Origin: an uncultured Candidatus Saccharibacteria bacterium | GTDB taxonomy: Bacteria; Patescibacteriota; WWE3; UBA101185; UBA10185 | Assembly (NCBI GenBank): GCA_964643995.1 | Contig: CAZXUJ010000002.1 | Span: 14,209 to 78,208, forward strand | Reading direction: 5' to 3' | DNA length: 64,000 bases | Shown here: piece by piece, positions 1 through 9,334 of the stretch | Layout: each line of letters begins with the position of its first letter | Position numbering within the stretch: the stretch's first letter is position 1 | The notes under the pieces: generated by a model | Told to the model about the DNA's origin: nothing | Databases searched by the model: none | The model's input: only the letters and a program-made list of their open reading frames with translations | Position numbers and translations under genes: made by a program

Positions 1-2
1 AA

Positions 3-116
3 TACAGCTTCACAGCTACTATTGAGCAAGCGAGGAAATTACTTAAAGATATAAAAAACGACGAATTAATACTTTTAGGTTTTTCAATGGGAGTGTCAAG
101 TACCCCTTTTTTAAAG
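3..116 (+). pseudogene. 3' -truncated fragment of an alpha/beta-hydrolase gene, interrupted by the IS3-family element
   Basis: Frame 3 reads ...LILLGFSMGVSS..., containing a GxSxG nucleophile elbow (GFSMG). The open frame enters the window and runs into the IS terminus at ~117. No continuation is visible downstream of the IS. Confidence 0.3.
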
Positions 117-773
117 TTGGCATTCTGAGGGATGTGTTTGATAATATTTATTCCTAAATTGAACAGGACTCATCTTTAGAGTTGTGTGTATTCGAGTGTT
201 ATTGTGATAATTTATTTGTTGGTGTATGGCCTCGAAAAGCTCGCCTATTGTTTCAAATCTATCAAATTCGATACCAAGATCTGTTTTAAAGTTTGAGTAG
301 AAGGATTCTTGATAACCATTTTCCCAATGACTAGCCTTTTTACTCATAGACACGTTTATATTCAGGTTTTGGACAAAACTAGTGTATTGTTTACAGGTAT
401 ATTCAGAGCCTTGGTCTGTGTGAATGAATTTTGGTAACTTGTATCCGGTGCTTTCAAAAGCAAAGAGCAAGGCATCAAGTACTAGAAACTTGGTATGTTT
501 ATTTGATATGGACCAACCAACGACTTCACGGGTAAAAAGATCCATATAGGTTGCAAGATAGATATACTTATCGTTATGTCTTATATACGTAAAGTCACCA
601 ACGTAGACAAGGTTTGGAGATATTGGGCAGAATGATTTAATGTGATTGGGATAAATTGCATCAGGTCTACGTTCATCACGTCTTTTCCGTAACGGGGACC
701 TACGTGTGGTAGGTCTAATTGCGAACTTTTTCATAACCCGCCTAATGGTACGAGCACCCATATTTAAAGCCAA
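111..773 (-). CDS. IS3-family transposase OrfB (DDE integrase core, rve). Coordinates are Met-to-stop; the native protein is probably the OrfAB frameshift fusion beginning near 990
   Basis: 220 aa, ...YVGDFTYI...HTDQGSEYT...NGYQESFYSNFKTDL... This is a retroviral-integrase-like DDE core. The ORF reads through the IS end and stops at a TAA formed with flanking DNA (plus 111-113). Confidence 0.75.
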   Translation of the reverse strand: MALNMGARTIRRVMKKFAIRPTTRRSPLRKRRDERRPDAIYPNHIKSFCPISPNLVYVGDFTYIRHNDKYIYLATYMDLFTREVVGWSISNKHTKFLVLDALLFAFESTGYKLPKFIHTDQGSEYTCKQYTSFVQNLNINVSMSKKASHWENGYQESFYSNFKTDLGIEFDRFETIGELFEAIHQQINYHNNTRIHTTLKMSPVQFRNKYYQTHPSECQL

Positions 774-958
774 AGCGACACGTCTATATCCATAGGCAGG
801 GTTATTTACAATTACAGAAAGGCTTAACGCTTTAAGACGGATATCTTTACCGGTTAATTTAGACTGGTAATACAGCGAGGACCTGGAGAAGTCGAAAAGG
901 CCGGCGATAAAGGATTTAGTTGTTTTAGAGATGTTTTTATCTGCTTGAGATCTGGTAA

Positions 959-1219
959 CTACAAGTGTTTTGACGTCTGCTTTTTTTTAAACTTAGCTAG
1001 CTCCAAAGAGAGCATGCCTACGATTTCTTTTAGAGCGGCGTTTTCGCGTTGGAGCTTAGAATGTTCTAAGGTGGAAACACTACCTACAGCAGTCTTTCTA
1101 AGCCAACTATATATGGTTTTAAAGTGAACGCCGTATTGTTTTGATAGGTCCATAACAGCATTACCTTGTTTAATTTTAGCTAGAATTTCATCTTTAATAT
1201 CTTTAGAAACAACACTCAT
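959..1219 (-). CDS. IS3-family transposase OrfA (helix-turn-helix)
   Basis: 86 aa, MSVVSKDIKDEILAKIKQGNAVMDLSKQYGVHFKTIYSWLRK... This is a typical IS3/IS150 OrfA DNA-binding leader. The C-terminus KFKKKQ is encoded by the A8 run. Confidence 0.75.
   Translation of the reverse strand: MSVVSKDIKDEILAKIKQGNAVMDLSKQYGVHFKTIYSWLRKTAVGSVSTLEHSKLQRENAALKEIVGMLSLELAKFKKKQTSKHL
978..992 (-). other. Putative programmed -1 ribosomal frameshift site (A AAA AAG-type slippery run) joining orfA to orfB
   Basis: The minus strand reads TTTAAAAAAAAGCAG at the 3' end of orfA. IS3-family OrfAB fusions use A6G/A7G slippery heptamers. The orfB frame is open upstream of its first Met. Confidence 0.55.
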
Positions 1220-1283
1220 AAAAGTCCTTAAAATATTTAATTTAGTACTAATATTCTAATGGAGATTCCCAGAATATGTGTCA

Positions 1284-1446
1284 AATTTACCGTATGCGCC
1301 CCACTATTTCCTTCTTTTTGAACTATTCGGAATTTCCTAATGGTTGAGTTCTGTTTCAGTTCTGTTTCAGTATAAATACTTTTTATATGCTCATTAATCG
1401 TTGGTATTGTTTTGCCAAATACTCCCGCCATTTGCCTTTGAGACAA
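1284..1446 (-). pseudogene. N-terminal fragment of a RhuM-family (virulence/Fic-associated) protein, 3'-truncated by the IS
   Basis: MSQRQMAGVFGKTIPTINEHIKSIYTETELKQNSTIRKFRIVQKEGN... The TIRKFRIVQ motif is characteristic of the RhuM N-terminal region. The called ORF 1237-1446 only continues by reading into IS sequence. Confidence 0.4.
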
Positions 1447-1816
1447 CCATACACTCTCATTTTCAAAATTTACATCAATACTTATTTTATTACTTAAGTT
1501 TTATAAATCTTTATATTTCAAATCAAATGCAATTTAACAGCCTCTATAACCTCATTTTTTTTACTTCCACAATATACATATAAGATTAAGCAATTATTGC
1601 TAAAAAAGCTAGATTGAAGCCGTCTTCCTTTTTCAAAAAATGAAACCAAATTTAAGGTGTTACTAATAATTTCGGCAATCTTGTATTTGCAAATTTAAAT
1701 AGTAAATACTGCTTATACATTTTAGGAGTTACTATAATATAAAGTAGGACTTAGTGGCGAAATACAATGAGGCGGCTATGGAAACAACCAAATTAATAAT
1801 TATAAAATACAAAGTA

Positions 1817-2440
1817 TTAGTCAGCCTTATTAAAAACCATACGAGCTTCTGCACTGGGGTCCTTTGCCCAAGTTTCTATAGCAAGGTGTAAGGTTTCTTC
1901 AATATTTACTTTGTCATTTTTCTCATGTGCTTCAAAGACGTGATATCCTTCTGGTGTGAAATTTCTTATTACAATCCTTCTATCATTTTCATCTGATGGA
2001 TCTTCAGAAGTAGTAACCCAAACTTGACTACTCCCGCAATCTAAAAATATATGGTCATTAGCTCCTGGATCGTCAAAAAGTTTAACAGCTAAGCGTACCT
2101 GTTCGCCCCTTGGTTTATTTAGAGGTTCTTGAACCATAAATACCACATGGTAGGTATTAATCGGTAAATCTCTTAAGCCGTCAACTTGTGACATGCTGGA
2201 ATCAATAACAAACCCAAGTTCTCTAACATCAATACCAGTAGCTAAAAGCAACGCCGCAGCTCGTGACCCGGCTGCTTCAACATTACGATTCCACGCTTCT
2301 CGGTTATGAGCTTTTTTAGCGATGTAGAATTGATTTAAAGCTGCTGTTGCAGCGAGTTCTGGAGGTTGTTCACCTAGAGGATCAATAGCTCTTGCTGCTT
2401 GTAATAATTGTTCGTCATCAATAGGAACTTTTTCCGACAT
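1817..2440 (-). CDS. hypothetical protein (207 aa)
   Basis: Clean ORF with GC visibly higher than its surroundings. I recognise no motif. Confidence 0.45.
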   Translation of the reverse strand: MSEKVPIDDEQLLQAARAIDPLGEQPPELAATAALNQFYIAKKAHNREAWNRNVEAAGSRAAALLLATGIDVRELGFVIDSSMSQVDGLRDLPINTYHVVFMVQEPLNKPRGEQVRLAVKLFDDPGANDHIFLDCGSSQVWVTTSEDPSDENDRRIVIRNFTPEGYHVFEAHEKNDKVNIEETLHLAIETWAKDPSAEARMVFNKAD

Positions 2441-2660
2441 ACATAAGATTGTACACCCAAATATAACAATAGTCTAGAACAATTTAGAACAAAACTAAAT
2501 TTTTTTTGAAATGGTGGTTACATATGTAGTACACAAATATAAAAAATGCTAACATATTTATTGTTTTTTTGCTCTTCTGATGCATTTGAGCCTCCGTATC
2601 ACCAGCCTGGATTTCTACCAAATCATGAGTAAGGGCATATCGTTTTTCAACAGTGTTCAG

Positions 2661-3055
2661 CTAGTTTTTAACATTTAAACCTATTTCTTGCCTTTCTGTA
2701 ATTTCATTGTCAGTTAGCTCATGCAAATAATCGATTGCCCAATCACGTAATTTAGGCGAAATATCAAACCTATCTAAAGCTGCTTTTGTTGTCATTTCTA
2801 GCTCTTTTAATGTCAATGTGCCCTCCACACACTTGGGATTAATCTTTTTTGTACGGCGATAATATATATAGTGAAGAAGTTTTTTATTCTTCAGGTTTTC
2901 TATCTTTGTGTGACAGTAAGGGCAAGCGTATCGATGTTTCTGTTAGTGTTAAGAGTTGGTTCAAATACAACTACACCCTCTTTTTTAAGACTTTCTGCAA
3001 AAGCCCTCATTTCCTTTTTATAGCGTCTAGAACCACATAGCACTACACCTTTCAT
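2661..3055 (-). pseudogene. frameshifted paralog of the downstream nucleoside 2-deoxyribosyltransferase-like gene
   Basis: The minus strand reads MKGVVLCGSRRYKKEMRAFAESLKKEGVVVFEPT.. (51 aa, then stop). This aligns with MKIVICGSIKHLEQLVEAKEILTSLGLEVLLPH of the adjacent gene. A +1 frame continues ...TLTLKELEMTTKAALDRFDISPKL...VKN* to 2661. The start overlaps the stop of the upstream gene (ATGA). Confidence 0.3.
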
Positions 3056-3474
3056 TGCTTTGTACCTTCTATATAACTTACTATTTCTTCTATTTCATTC
3101 AAAACTGTAGGAAACATTCCCCGTATCTCATCACTATACGACAGTTCAGGTATTGGATTTTTCAAAAATATTGGTTTTCCTGAGGAAAATGCATAGCCCA
3201 TCTCCAATAGGGTATTGCCCCCGATATAATTCTTCACATCGTTCTTATCCTCGTTAATAACCAGAACAACATCTCCCTGATCAATTGTCTTTAGGTGCTC
3301 TTTCATATACCAACTTTTCTTTTTTGCAGAAGTAGTCTCGTCAAAGTCATTTTCTTTAAGGAAAAACTCTGCTTTATGGGGTAATAAAACTTCTAGTCCG
3401 AGGCTTGTTAGAATTTCCTTTGCCTCTACCAGCTGTTCTAAATGTTTTATGCTCCCACAAATTACTATCTTCAT
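3052..3474 (-). CDS. nucleoside 2-deoxyribosyltransferase-like / DNPH1-like protein (141 aa from internal Met)
   Basis: N-terminal MKIVICGS... The C-terminal GNTLLEMGYAFSSGKPIFL resembles the conserved G..E.GyA.a.GKPv catalytic-Glu motif of N-deoxyribosyltransferase/Rcl-type folds. The start at 3474 lies 1 nt after the stop of the NUDIX gene. The longer ORF to 3567 has an implausible hydrophobic extension. Confidence 0.45.
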   Translation of the reverse strand: MKIVICGSIKHLEQLVEAKEILTSLGLEVLLPHKAEFFLKENDFDETTSAKKKSWYMKEHLKTIDQGDVVLVINEDKNDVKNYIGGNTLLEMGYAFSSGKPIFLKNPIPELSYSDEIRGMFPTVLNEIEEIVSYIEGTKQ

Positions 3475-3475
3475 A

Positions 3476-4168
3476 TTAAAAATTCTCCGTAGTAACTTTA
3501 ATCTCACCAAAAGTAACGTTGCCGTTGAAATCGTTAAAAGCTTTATAAAACTCATGGAATTCTTCAAGTGGCTTAGTTATTTTTTCCAGGGTTTCATCCT
3601 CAGCTACCCAAAAGAATTCACCCTCCTTGTTGCTGTTTAATTCGCCAAAAGGATTCTCAAAGGCATACGCGTGCATTAGTTTGTCTTCTACAATCTTTCC
3701 GTCTGATACTACAACATAATGCCTAATTGCAAAAAGCCTGGGTGTTCCTTCTAATGAGGTTTCCTCAGACAACTCCCTTTTCGCAGCTTCTTCAAAGCTC
3801 TCACCCCATTTAGGCTTGCCTGTTGCAAATCCAAAACATCCATAGAATGGGTTTTTTAGTCTCTTATAAGTCAGAAATTCCTTTTTATCCCCATTAATTC
3901 GATAGGGAACTAACACAGTTGTTGCTTTTACATTCTTCTCTATTTTGCCAGTTTCCACAGTCATTCTGTTTGAGTACTCTTTTCCTGCTGGGGTCAAAGC
4001 GTAGTGGTTATCCTGTTTTTCTACTAAGTTTAATTCCAATAGACGATCTAGATGGAAAACGAATTGTGCTGGTTCCATTTCCTCAGGCTTCAGATTAGAA
4101 TATTTCAGCGAATCACTAAAAAGTAACTGTTGGAGTATTTGCATCTGTATTTCATGTAGTTGTTTCAC
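3476..4168 (-). CDS. winged-HTH + NUDIX hydrolase fusion protein (230 aa)
   Basis: Nudix box GKPKWGESFEEAAKRELSEETSL (Gx5Ex7REUxEE). The N-terminal ~70 aa look like a MarR/ArsR-type wHTH (QMQILQQLL...LNLVEK). The domain order is the reverse of NrtR. Confidence 0.6.
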   Translation of the reverse strand: MKQLHEIQMQILQQLLFSDSLKYSNLKPEEMEPAQFVFHLDRLLELNLVEKQDNHYALTPAGKEYSNRMTVETGKIEKNVKATTVLVPYRINGDKKEFLTYKRLKNPFYGCFGFATGKPKWGESFEEAAKRELSEETSLEGTPRLFAIRHYVVVSDGKIVEDKLMHAYAFENPFGELNSNKEGEFFWVAEDETLEKITKPLEEFHEFYKAFNDFNGNVTFGEIKVTTENF

Positions 4169-4359
4169 TGATTTGGATTATACAAGCAAAATTTATGGAA
4201 AATAAGTAAAGATGACTTTACCAAATAGTTGGTTTGCCTTTTTTATACTGTCGCATTTATATCCTCGCGAGTAAAATTGTTCTAGATTCTTATGCGCAGC
4301 CATATATCCTGGAGACACCGCTTACAGGATAACTGAGCCCCATTGACCAAACCTTATGT

Positions 4360-4917
4360 GTGAAATACACTACTTGTATGAATGTAAGCGCTTTTACTAA
4401 ATCTTCTCAGGATTACCTAGGCAAGCTTTTAGCATCATCTTCATTTGATTTAGAAGATAAAGAAGAATTCGCAACTATAACAGTGCCTTACAATTTAAAT
4501 GGAACTAATTATCAAATATATCCCTTTAAAAAGTTAACGGGCTATTTACCAGATCCTGAAAAAAAGGACGAGCCCGTTTTATATACTTTTTACATATTAA
4601 CTGCAGACCAAAGTATTAAAAACATTTACTTAAAAGAAGTCAACAAAATGAGATTTAATCAAGAGTATGACAAGAGTATAATTGGATCCTATTATGCAAA
4701 TTTTGTTCCATCTTTTAAGCCGTTTGAAACTTTAGTTTATTCTTTGGGAAAAATGCTTGAAGAAGATTTCTTTCCTGAAAAAAACTACAAATTTATCTTT
4801 CATATGGTTACAGTTACAAAAGACTACGATATAGTTCTTGTCTACTTACAGCTTAACTCTATAAATGCATTAGAAGCTAAATATCCAAATGAACAGGAAG
4901 TTTCATTCAAAATATAG
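4360..4917 (+). CDS. hypothetical protein (185 aa)
   Basis: ORF only; no motif recognised. Confidence 0.35.
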   Translation: MKYTTCMNVSAFTKSSQDYLGKLLASSSFDLEDKEEFATITVPYNLNGTNYQIYPFKKLTGYLPDPEKKDEPVLYTFYILTADQSIKNIYLKEVNKMRFNQEYDKSIIGSYYANFVPSFKPFETLVYSLGKMLEEDFFPEKNYKFIFHMVTVTKDYDIVLVYLQLNSINALEAKYPNEQEVSFKI

Positions 4918-5297
4918 AATTTCAAACATGCTCAATGTAGCTGTAATAGAACTACACTCGAAATGGTGCTAGACTCTAATGCTCAGCCCTATAAAGGGGA
5001 TACACACTTACTTATACTTCCTTTTTAATAAAAAAACTTGTAAAATCTATTCATGTTAAATATGCTAGAATCCTCACCAATTGAATTTTTTCCGCAAACT
5101 GCAGAAGGTAGAGATGTTGATACAGCAAGGGTAAAATTTGCAAAAAAGGCAGCAGACGCTCCTGAAGATATTAAAAGTGCTGATTTTTTAGCGCTTGTAG
5201 AGACTGAACTAAAGGAAGTTAAAATACAACTACCCAAGAGTTTTCTACAAAGGTAAGAGATTCAGGCAGTGAACAACAGCTAGAGGCAATACAGTTT

Positions 5298-6029
5298 TTG
5301 CAAGAACTTGTTAACAGCATTGGAGATCCCCCTAGAAACACTGACCTTACGGGCGTTTATAACTACTTAGAACAACTAGAACAAGAGTGGAGTTTGCCAC
5401 AATTTGCTTTAAGAGATGCTGCGTTCATTAGAGGACAAGAAGATAAAACATTAGGTGAACTTAGCACCCGTATAGCTTCGGCTATCGCACGGCATGACGT
5501 CCATGAGGAACAATATTTTCGCAAAGACAAAGAAACTATAGAATCGGCAATAAATTCAAGAGAATCCCGCAAAGAATCAATTTATATAGCAATTGCTGGG
5601 AGAATTACATCAGAGGCTATTGAATCCTGTAGACATAAATATACTGAAGAGCTTGGTTGTATAACTCATAAAATTGAAGCAAATGAAGAAGTTACTGTAA
5701 CAGATGTGGGAAACCTAGTGCGCGCCGAAGTAGCGTTAGTTAATGAACAGCTAGATAAAACAGCTGATCTACCAGCTTTGGAAGAAAAATCGGGGGTTAC
5801 GGCGCATCTCAACAAGAGAAGAATGTTTGTTGAAACTGTAATGGATCAAATAGGCGCTGGTACATATGGAAATAGCGAAGATAGCTTATTACAATATTTA
5901 GCTGAACTAGAAAAAGTCCTTGATATTGAGAGACAAGGTAAATTTACGCCTATGCTAACCACGCAAAAGCAAGTATGGCAAACCAACAGAGAAATAAATC
6001 CTGGGATTTATTCAAGAATTAAAGATTAG
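5298..6029 (+). CDS. hypothetical protein (243 aa, TTG start). Possibly the 3' part of a gene whose 5' part is ORF 5053-5256 in another frame
   Basis: GC is slightly higher than surroundings. The frame stays open upstream to 5223 and overlaps the 3' end of ORF 5053-5256 (67 aa). That overlap suggests a frameshift or disruption. Confidence 0.35.
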   Translation: MQELVNSIGDPPRNTDLTGVYNYLEQLEQEWSLPQFALRDAAFIRGQEDKTLGELSTRIASAIARHDVHEEQYFRKDKETIESAINSRESRKESIYIAIAGRITSEAIESCRHKYTEELGCITHKIEANEEVTVTDVGNLVRAEVALVNEQLDKTADLPALEEKSGVTAHLNKRRMFVETVMDQIGAGTYGNSEDSLLQYLAELEKVLDIERQGKFTPMLTTQKQVWQTNREINPGIYSRIKD

Positions 6030-6092
6030 TTTTTAAAATATCTTCATGAATAACTCATTTCATTTATTACATTCTCCGAAAAACTTAAGAAA

Positions 6093-6356
6093 ATGGAAAG
6101 ATTTAAAGGACAGTTCTACTGGAAGGACTATCCTGCGCTACCAAGATATGAATCTCAGGAATGTTTTGAAGCAAAAGTAGTTAAAGCACTAGATAAGATT
6201 GAATGTTTGCTACAGGTACTTGAATATAGCAAGGGTACTTTATTTAAGAACCATCTGGAATTTAATATAAGTTATGGATTAAAGCATGCAGACATTGACC
6301 CTGCAATTAAAACCTTTGGGGAGAAAACTGCTCAAAAAATGAGAGATTCTTATTAG
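6093..6356 (+). pseudogene. C-terminal fragment of an HD-domain phosphohydrolase (YfbR-like 5'-deoxynucleotidase family)
   Basis: ...ECFEAKVVKALDKIECLLQVLEYSKG... resembles the K..DKL(E/D)..LQ..EY segment of YfbR-type HD hydrolases. The N-terminal half with the H..HD metal site is absent. Confidence 0.4.
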
Positions 6357-6807
6357 TTAATTTCTAATCTTTTGTATAATTAAACTATGGATATGCCCAA
6401 GGATATCAACGAAATAAACAACAGACAATACCGACAAAGAGTAACACATTACTGAAGTAGTAAGTAATACTGATAAGGAACCTTCAAAGATTAATCTTGC
6501 CAAATATAAACCGCTTTCGGAATTCATTGAAGGTACTAAGGACACATCAACGGAATGAGAAACATACAACTCTAAATATGGGTTTTCATTTAAATACCCA
6601 AAAGGTTATAAAGTATTGGTTCTAGAAAGGCCGTTCAGCCAAATTGAAAAACACCGAATTTTTCCTATAACTGCAAGTTCCAAACTACCATATAAAAACA
6701 TAGGCCAATTTGAACTTTGGAACTGTGTATAATTACCATATGTCACCGTTGAATTTAATCATTGTTTTTCGACTTTTCTACTTCTTTGGTGAATGATTGC
6801 TTTGCAG

Positions 6808-8160
6808 TTACTTTTTCCCAGTAAAGTATTTTTGCAAAAGAGTTTTGATACCCGCTCTTTGGTAATAACTTTTTTCAGTAGTCAGAAGCTGTTTCTGCTC
6901 AGGTGTTATATCACTGTATTTCAGTTCACCATTTGCAAGCTTTTGAAGTGCTGCCTGTAAGGCTTTGGCTGCCTCGGGTTTCATAATCCAGTATCCATGA
7001 AAATTTCTGTGTTTGTAATTGTGCATAGTGTAGTGAAGACCTCTTTCGTTCATCAGAAAAAGTACGTCCTCAACCCATTGTAGACCACCGCTAGTATCTC
7101 GCATGCCATGGGCACCAAATTCACCGACATATATTGGTTTGCCCTTAAGTTCAGGAAGATTTACTGCTTTGTCAAATATAGTTGCTAATAATTTCTTATC
7201 CCAGTACTGTTTGCCAATTTGCCCTGGATACGTAAGCCCTGGATTTGCCTCATAGAGTTGATCCAGCGTAAATTGGGGTGGGTAGTAGAAATGAAACGTG
7301 GCAGCAATGTTAGTATCGGCATAGTTTCCCCCCAACTGAAACTCCTCTTCATGCTTTTCAGCAACGGGAAGGATAATCATGTGGTTTGGATCGTATTTTC
7401 TGATTTCAGTGATGAGATCTGTATACAAGTCGTGAAGAGCTTTTTTGGTTGGAGGTTGTGGCTCATTTACAACATCATATCCGGCAATGTAAGGATTGTT
7501 TTTAAACCGTTTTGCAATGACCCCCCACAGTGCCACAGCTTGGTTCTTGGTATCAGTTTGTGTGTTAAACAGCTCGATCCCTTTATTTTTGAAAAAGACC
7601 TCGGCGGGATATTCATTCGAACCAAGACCTGCTAATACCAATACGACGCGAATACCATTTTCGCCAAATTTATTAATAGTATTTTCAAGAAGCTGTAAGG
7701 ATACTTCACTATATTGGTAAGGTTCATGTTGAATTTCATGCAATTGCATCCAAAGCCTGACAGTGTTTGCACCAGTACTTTTAAGTTCTTGCATATCGAA
7801 ATCAGTAATTGTATATGCATTAAGATCTGTTGCAATGGCATCTATTTGTTCTGGATTGAGTTTTTTCTGATCGACTAATCTAAAATAGATGGCTTCTGGT
7901 ATGGGATAAAACCCAAGGCCTTGGAATCCCCGCAGATAGACTTCTCGTCCTCTTCCGTCGATAATGGTATTATTTTGTACTTTGAGCATTGTCATTTGTT
8001 TTAATGGTGTTGGACGTTTGAATACATTTGCCTCGACCATATTATAGATTGGTTTACTTACCAAAGGTACTGTTACAAGTAAAGCTACTAGAAGCGTAAT
8101 TGGTTTCATAAAATGTAATACATTCATTATACATATACGGTACTTCAAATGCATCCACAA
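6808..8160 (-). CDS. glycoside hydrolase family 5 (cellulase-like) secreted/membrane-anchored protein
   Basis: N-terminal hydrophobic segment. GYDVVNEP is the GH5 acid/base NEP motif. IYVGEFG carries the GH5 nucleophile Glu. 450 aa. Confidence 0.7.
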   Translation of the reverse strand: MWMHLKYRICIMNVLHFMKPITLLVALLVTVPLVSKPIYNMVEANVFKRPTPLKQMTMLKVQNNTIIDGRGREVYLRGFQGLGFYPIPEAIYFRLVDQKKLNPEQIDAIATDLNAYTITDFDMQELKSTGANTVRLWMQLHEIQHEPYQYSEVSLQLLENTINKFGENGIRVVLVLAGLGSNEYPAEVFFKNKGIELFNTQTDTKNQAVALWGVIAKRFKNNPYIAGYDVVNEPQPPTKKALHDLYTDLITEIRKYDPNHMIILPVAEKHEEEFQLGGNYADTNIAATFHFYYPPQFTLDQLYEANPGLTYPGQIGKQYWDKKLLATIFDKAVNLPELKGKPIYVGEFGAHGMRDTSGGLQWVEDVLFLMNERGLHYTMHNYKHRNFHGYWIMKPEAAKALQAALQKLANGELKYSDITPEQKQLLTTEKSYYQRAGIKTLLQKYFTGKK

Positions 8161-8196
8161 TTCAATTAAACAATCTGTAGTATTTACGGTCGTTCT

Positions 8197-8720
8197 TCAA
8201 CAACTTTTTTCCCATGCAATTTTTGTTGAGATATCTTTGCTTAATTGGCATTCTGAGGGATGTGTTTGATAATATTTATTTCTAAACTGGACAGGACTCA
8301 TCTTTAAAGTTGTGTGGATTAGAGTGTTATTGTGGTAATTAATTTGCTGATGGATAGCTTCAACTAGCTCACCAATTGTTTCAAATCTATCAAATTCAAT
8401 ACCTAAATCAGTTTTAAACGCCGAAGCTTTTGATATGATTAGGATAAATTGCATCTGATCTACGTTCCTCGCGTCTTTTGCGTAATGGGGATCTGCGTTT
8501 GGTGGGTTTAATACCAAACTTTTTCAACACGTCTTACACGTTTTTTTCCTGTACAAAAAGCGATAGCTATGCGCCTATGTCCATAAGCCGGATTATTTGC
8601 AAAGACTGCAAGTATTTGTTGTTAAGTCTTTCATCTTTAATATCTCTAGAAACACCGGTCATAAAGTCCTCCAAATTCAAATATTTACTAATATTCTAAT
8701 GTAGCTGCTTAGAATATGTT
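8197..8720 (-). mobile_element. degraded second copy of the same IS3-family element
   Basis: ORF 8197-8517 is ~90% identical to the last 60 aa of OrfB (FKTDLGIEFDRFETIGEL...THPSECQL). 8640-8700 matches 1195-1280, the orfA 5' end plus IR. The whole is only ~0.5 kb, and the central part of orfB and most of orfA are deleted. Confidence 0.6.
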
Positions 8721-8748
8721 TCTAGTTTAATTGGTACCGCCCAGTATA

Positions 8749-9183
8749 CTACCCATGAAAACCCGTTGTCCCTAGACCACCTCGATCCGGACCTGTCATT
8801 TGACCAACCTCTTCTATTTCTACATGTTCATACTTCGCAACCATTAACTGCGCAATACGCGTACCCTTTTCGACTGTAACATCCTCTTTTTTGTAGTTGT
8901 AAACTATAAATTTGTACTCATCGTTATCACCACAAAAATCGGAATCACCAACGCCTATACCATTTGCAGGTATTAAGCCTAATTTGTGTGTAGAACTGCG
9001 GGCTGCCAACATAACCCAACAATCCTCAGGGACTTCCAAAGCAACATTTAACGGAATATAGCCCAGATCTTGCGCTTTTATGGTTACAGTTTCACGACTG
9101 CATAAATCCATGCATGCGGCACCTTGAGTTTTATACGAGGGTAATGGTAAAAATTTATCGAATCGTTTAACTTTGATTTTCAT
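8749..9183 (-). CDS. dut: dUTP diphosphatase (dUTPase)
   Basis: 144 aa. The motifs AARSS..K.G, PANGIGVGDSDFCGD and the C-terminal GGLGTTGFHG are the five-motif trimeric dUTPase signature. Confidence 0.8.
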   Translation of the reverse strand: MKIKVKRFDKFLPLPSYKTQGAACMDLCSRETVTIKAQDLGYIPLNVALEVPEDCWVMLAARSSTHKLGLIPANGIGVGDSDFCGDNDEYKFIVYNYKKEDVTVEKGTRIAQLMVAKYEHVEIEEVGQMTGPDRGGLGTTGFHG

Positions 9184-9334
9184 GAGTAAATTATAACGTA
9201 AGAATAATACTTTTAATGATGTAAAATTACTTTATGATACTTCCAAAGTCAGATGCATGTTTTAAATTGTTTGTTCAGATTTAGCTTAGGAGAGTTAGTG
9301 ATATGTATATTAACTATCTAATGGGAGCAGCAAG

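Larger units (their letters stand above)
117..1283 (-). mobile_element. IS3-family insertion sequence (~1.17 kb) with orfA, orfB and a -1 frameshift site
   Basis: OrfA (HTH) and OrfB (rve integrase core) are present on the minus strand. The termini are TG..CA-type: plus 117 ttggcattctgagg and plus ...cagaatatgtgtca 1283. These ends form imperfect inverted repeats. The boundaries come from comparison with the degraded second copy at 8197-8720, where homology starts and ends at the same motifs. Confidence 0.7.

Noticed and set aside
3449-3640. plus-strand ORF 3449-3640 and the N-terminal extension of ORF 3052-3567
   Set aside because: They overlap the NUDIX gene and the deoxyribosyltransferase-like gene junction. 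The extension is an implausible hydrophobic read-through. The start is better placed at MKIVICGS (3474).
7219-7841. plus- and minus-strand ORFs 7219-7635, 7496-7720 and 7632-7841 inside the GH5 gene
   Set aside because: These are antisense or out-of-frame shadow ORFs of the 450-aa GH5 gene. They have low complexity, no RBS and no motifs.
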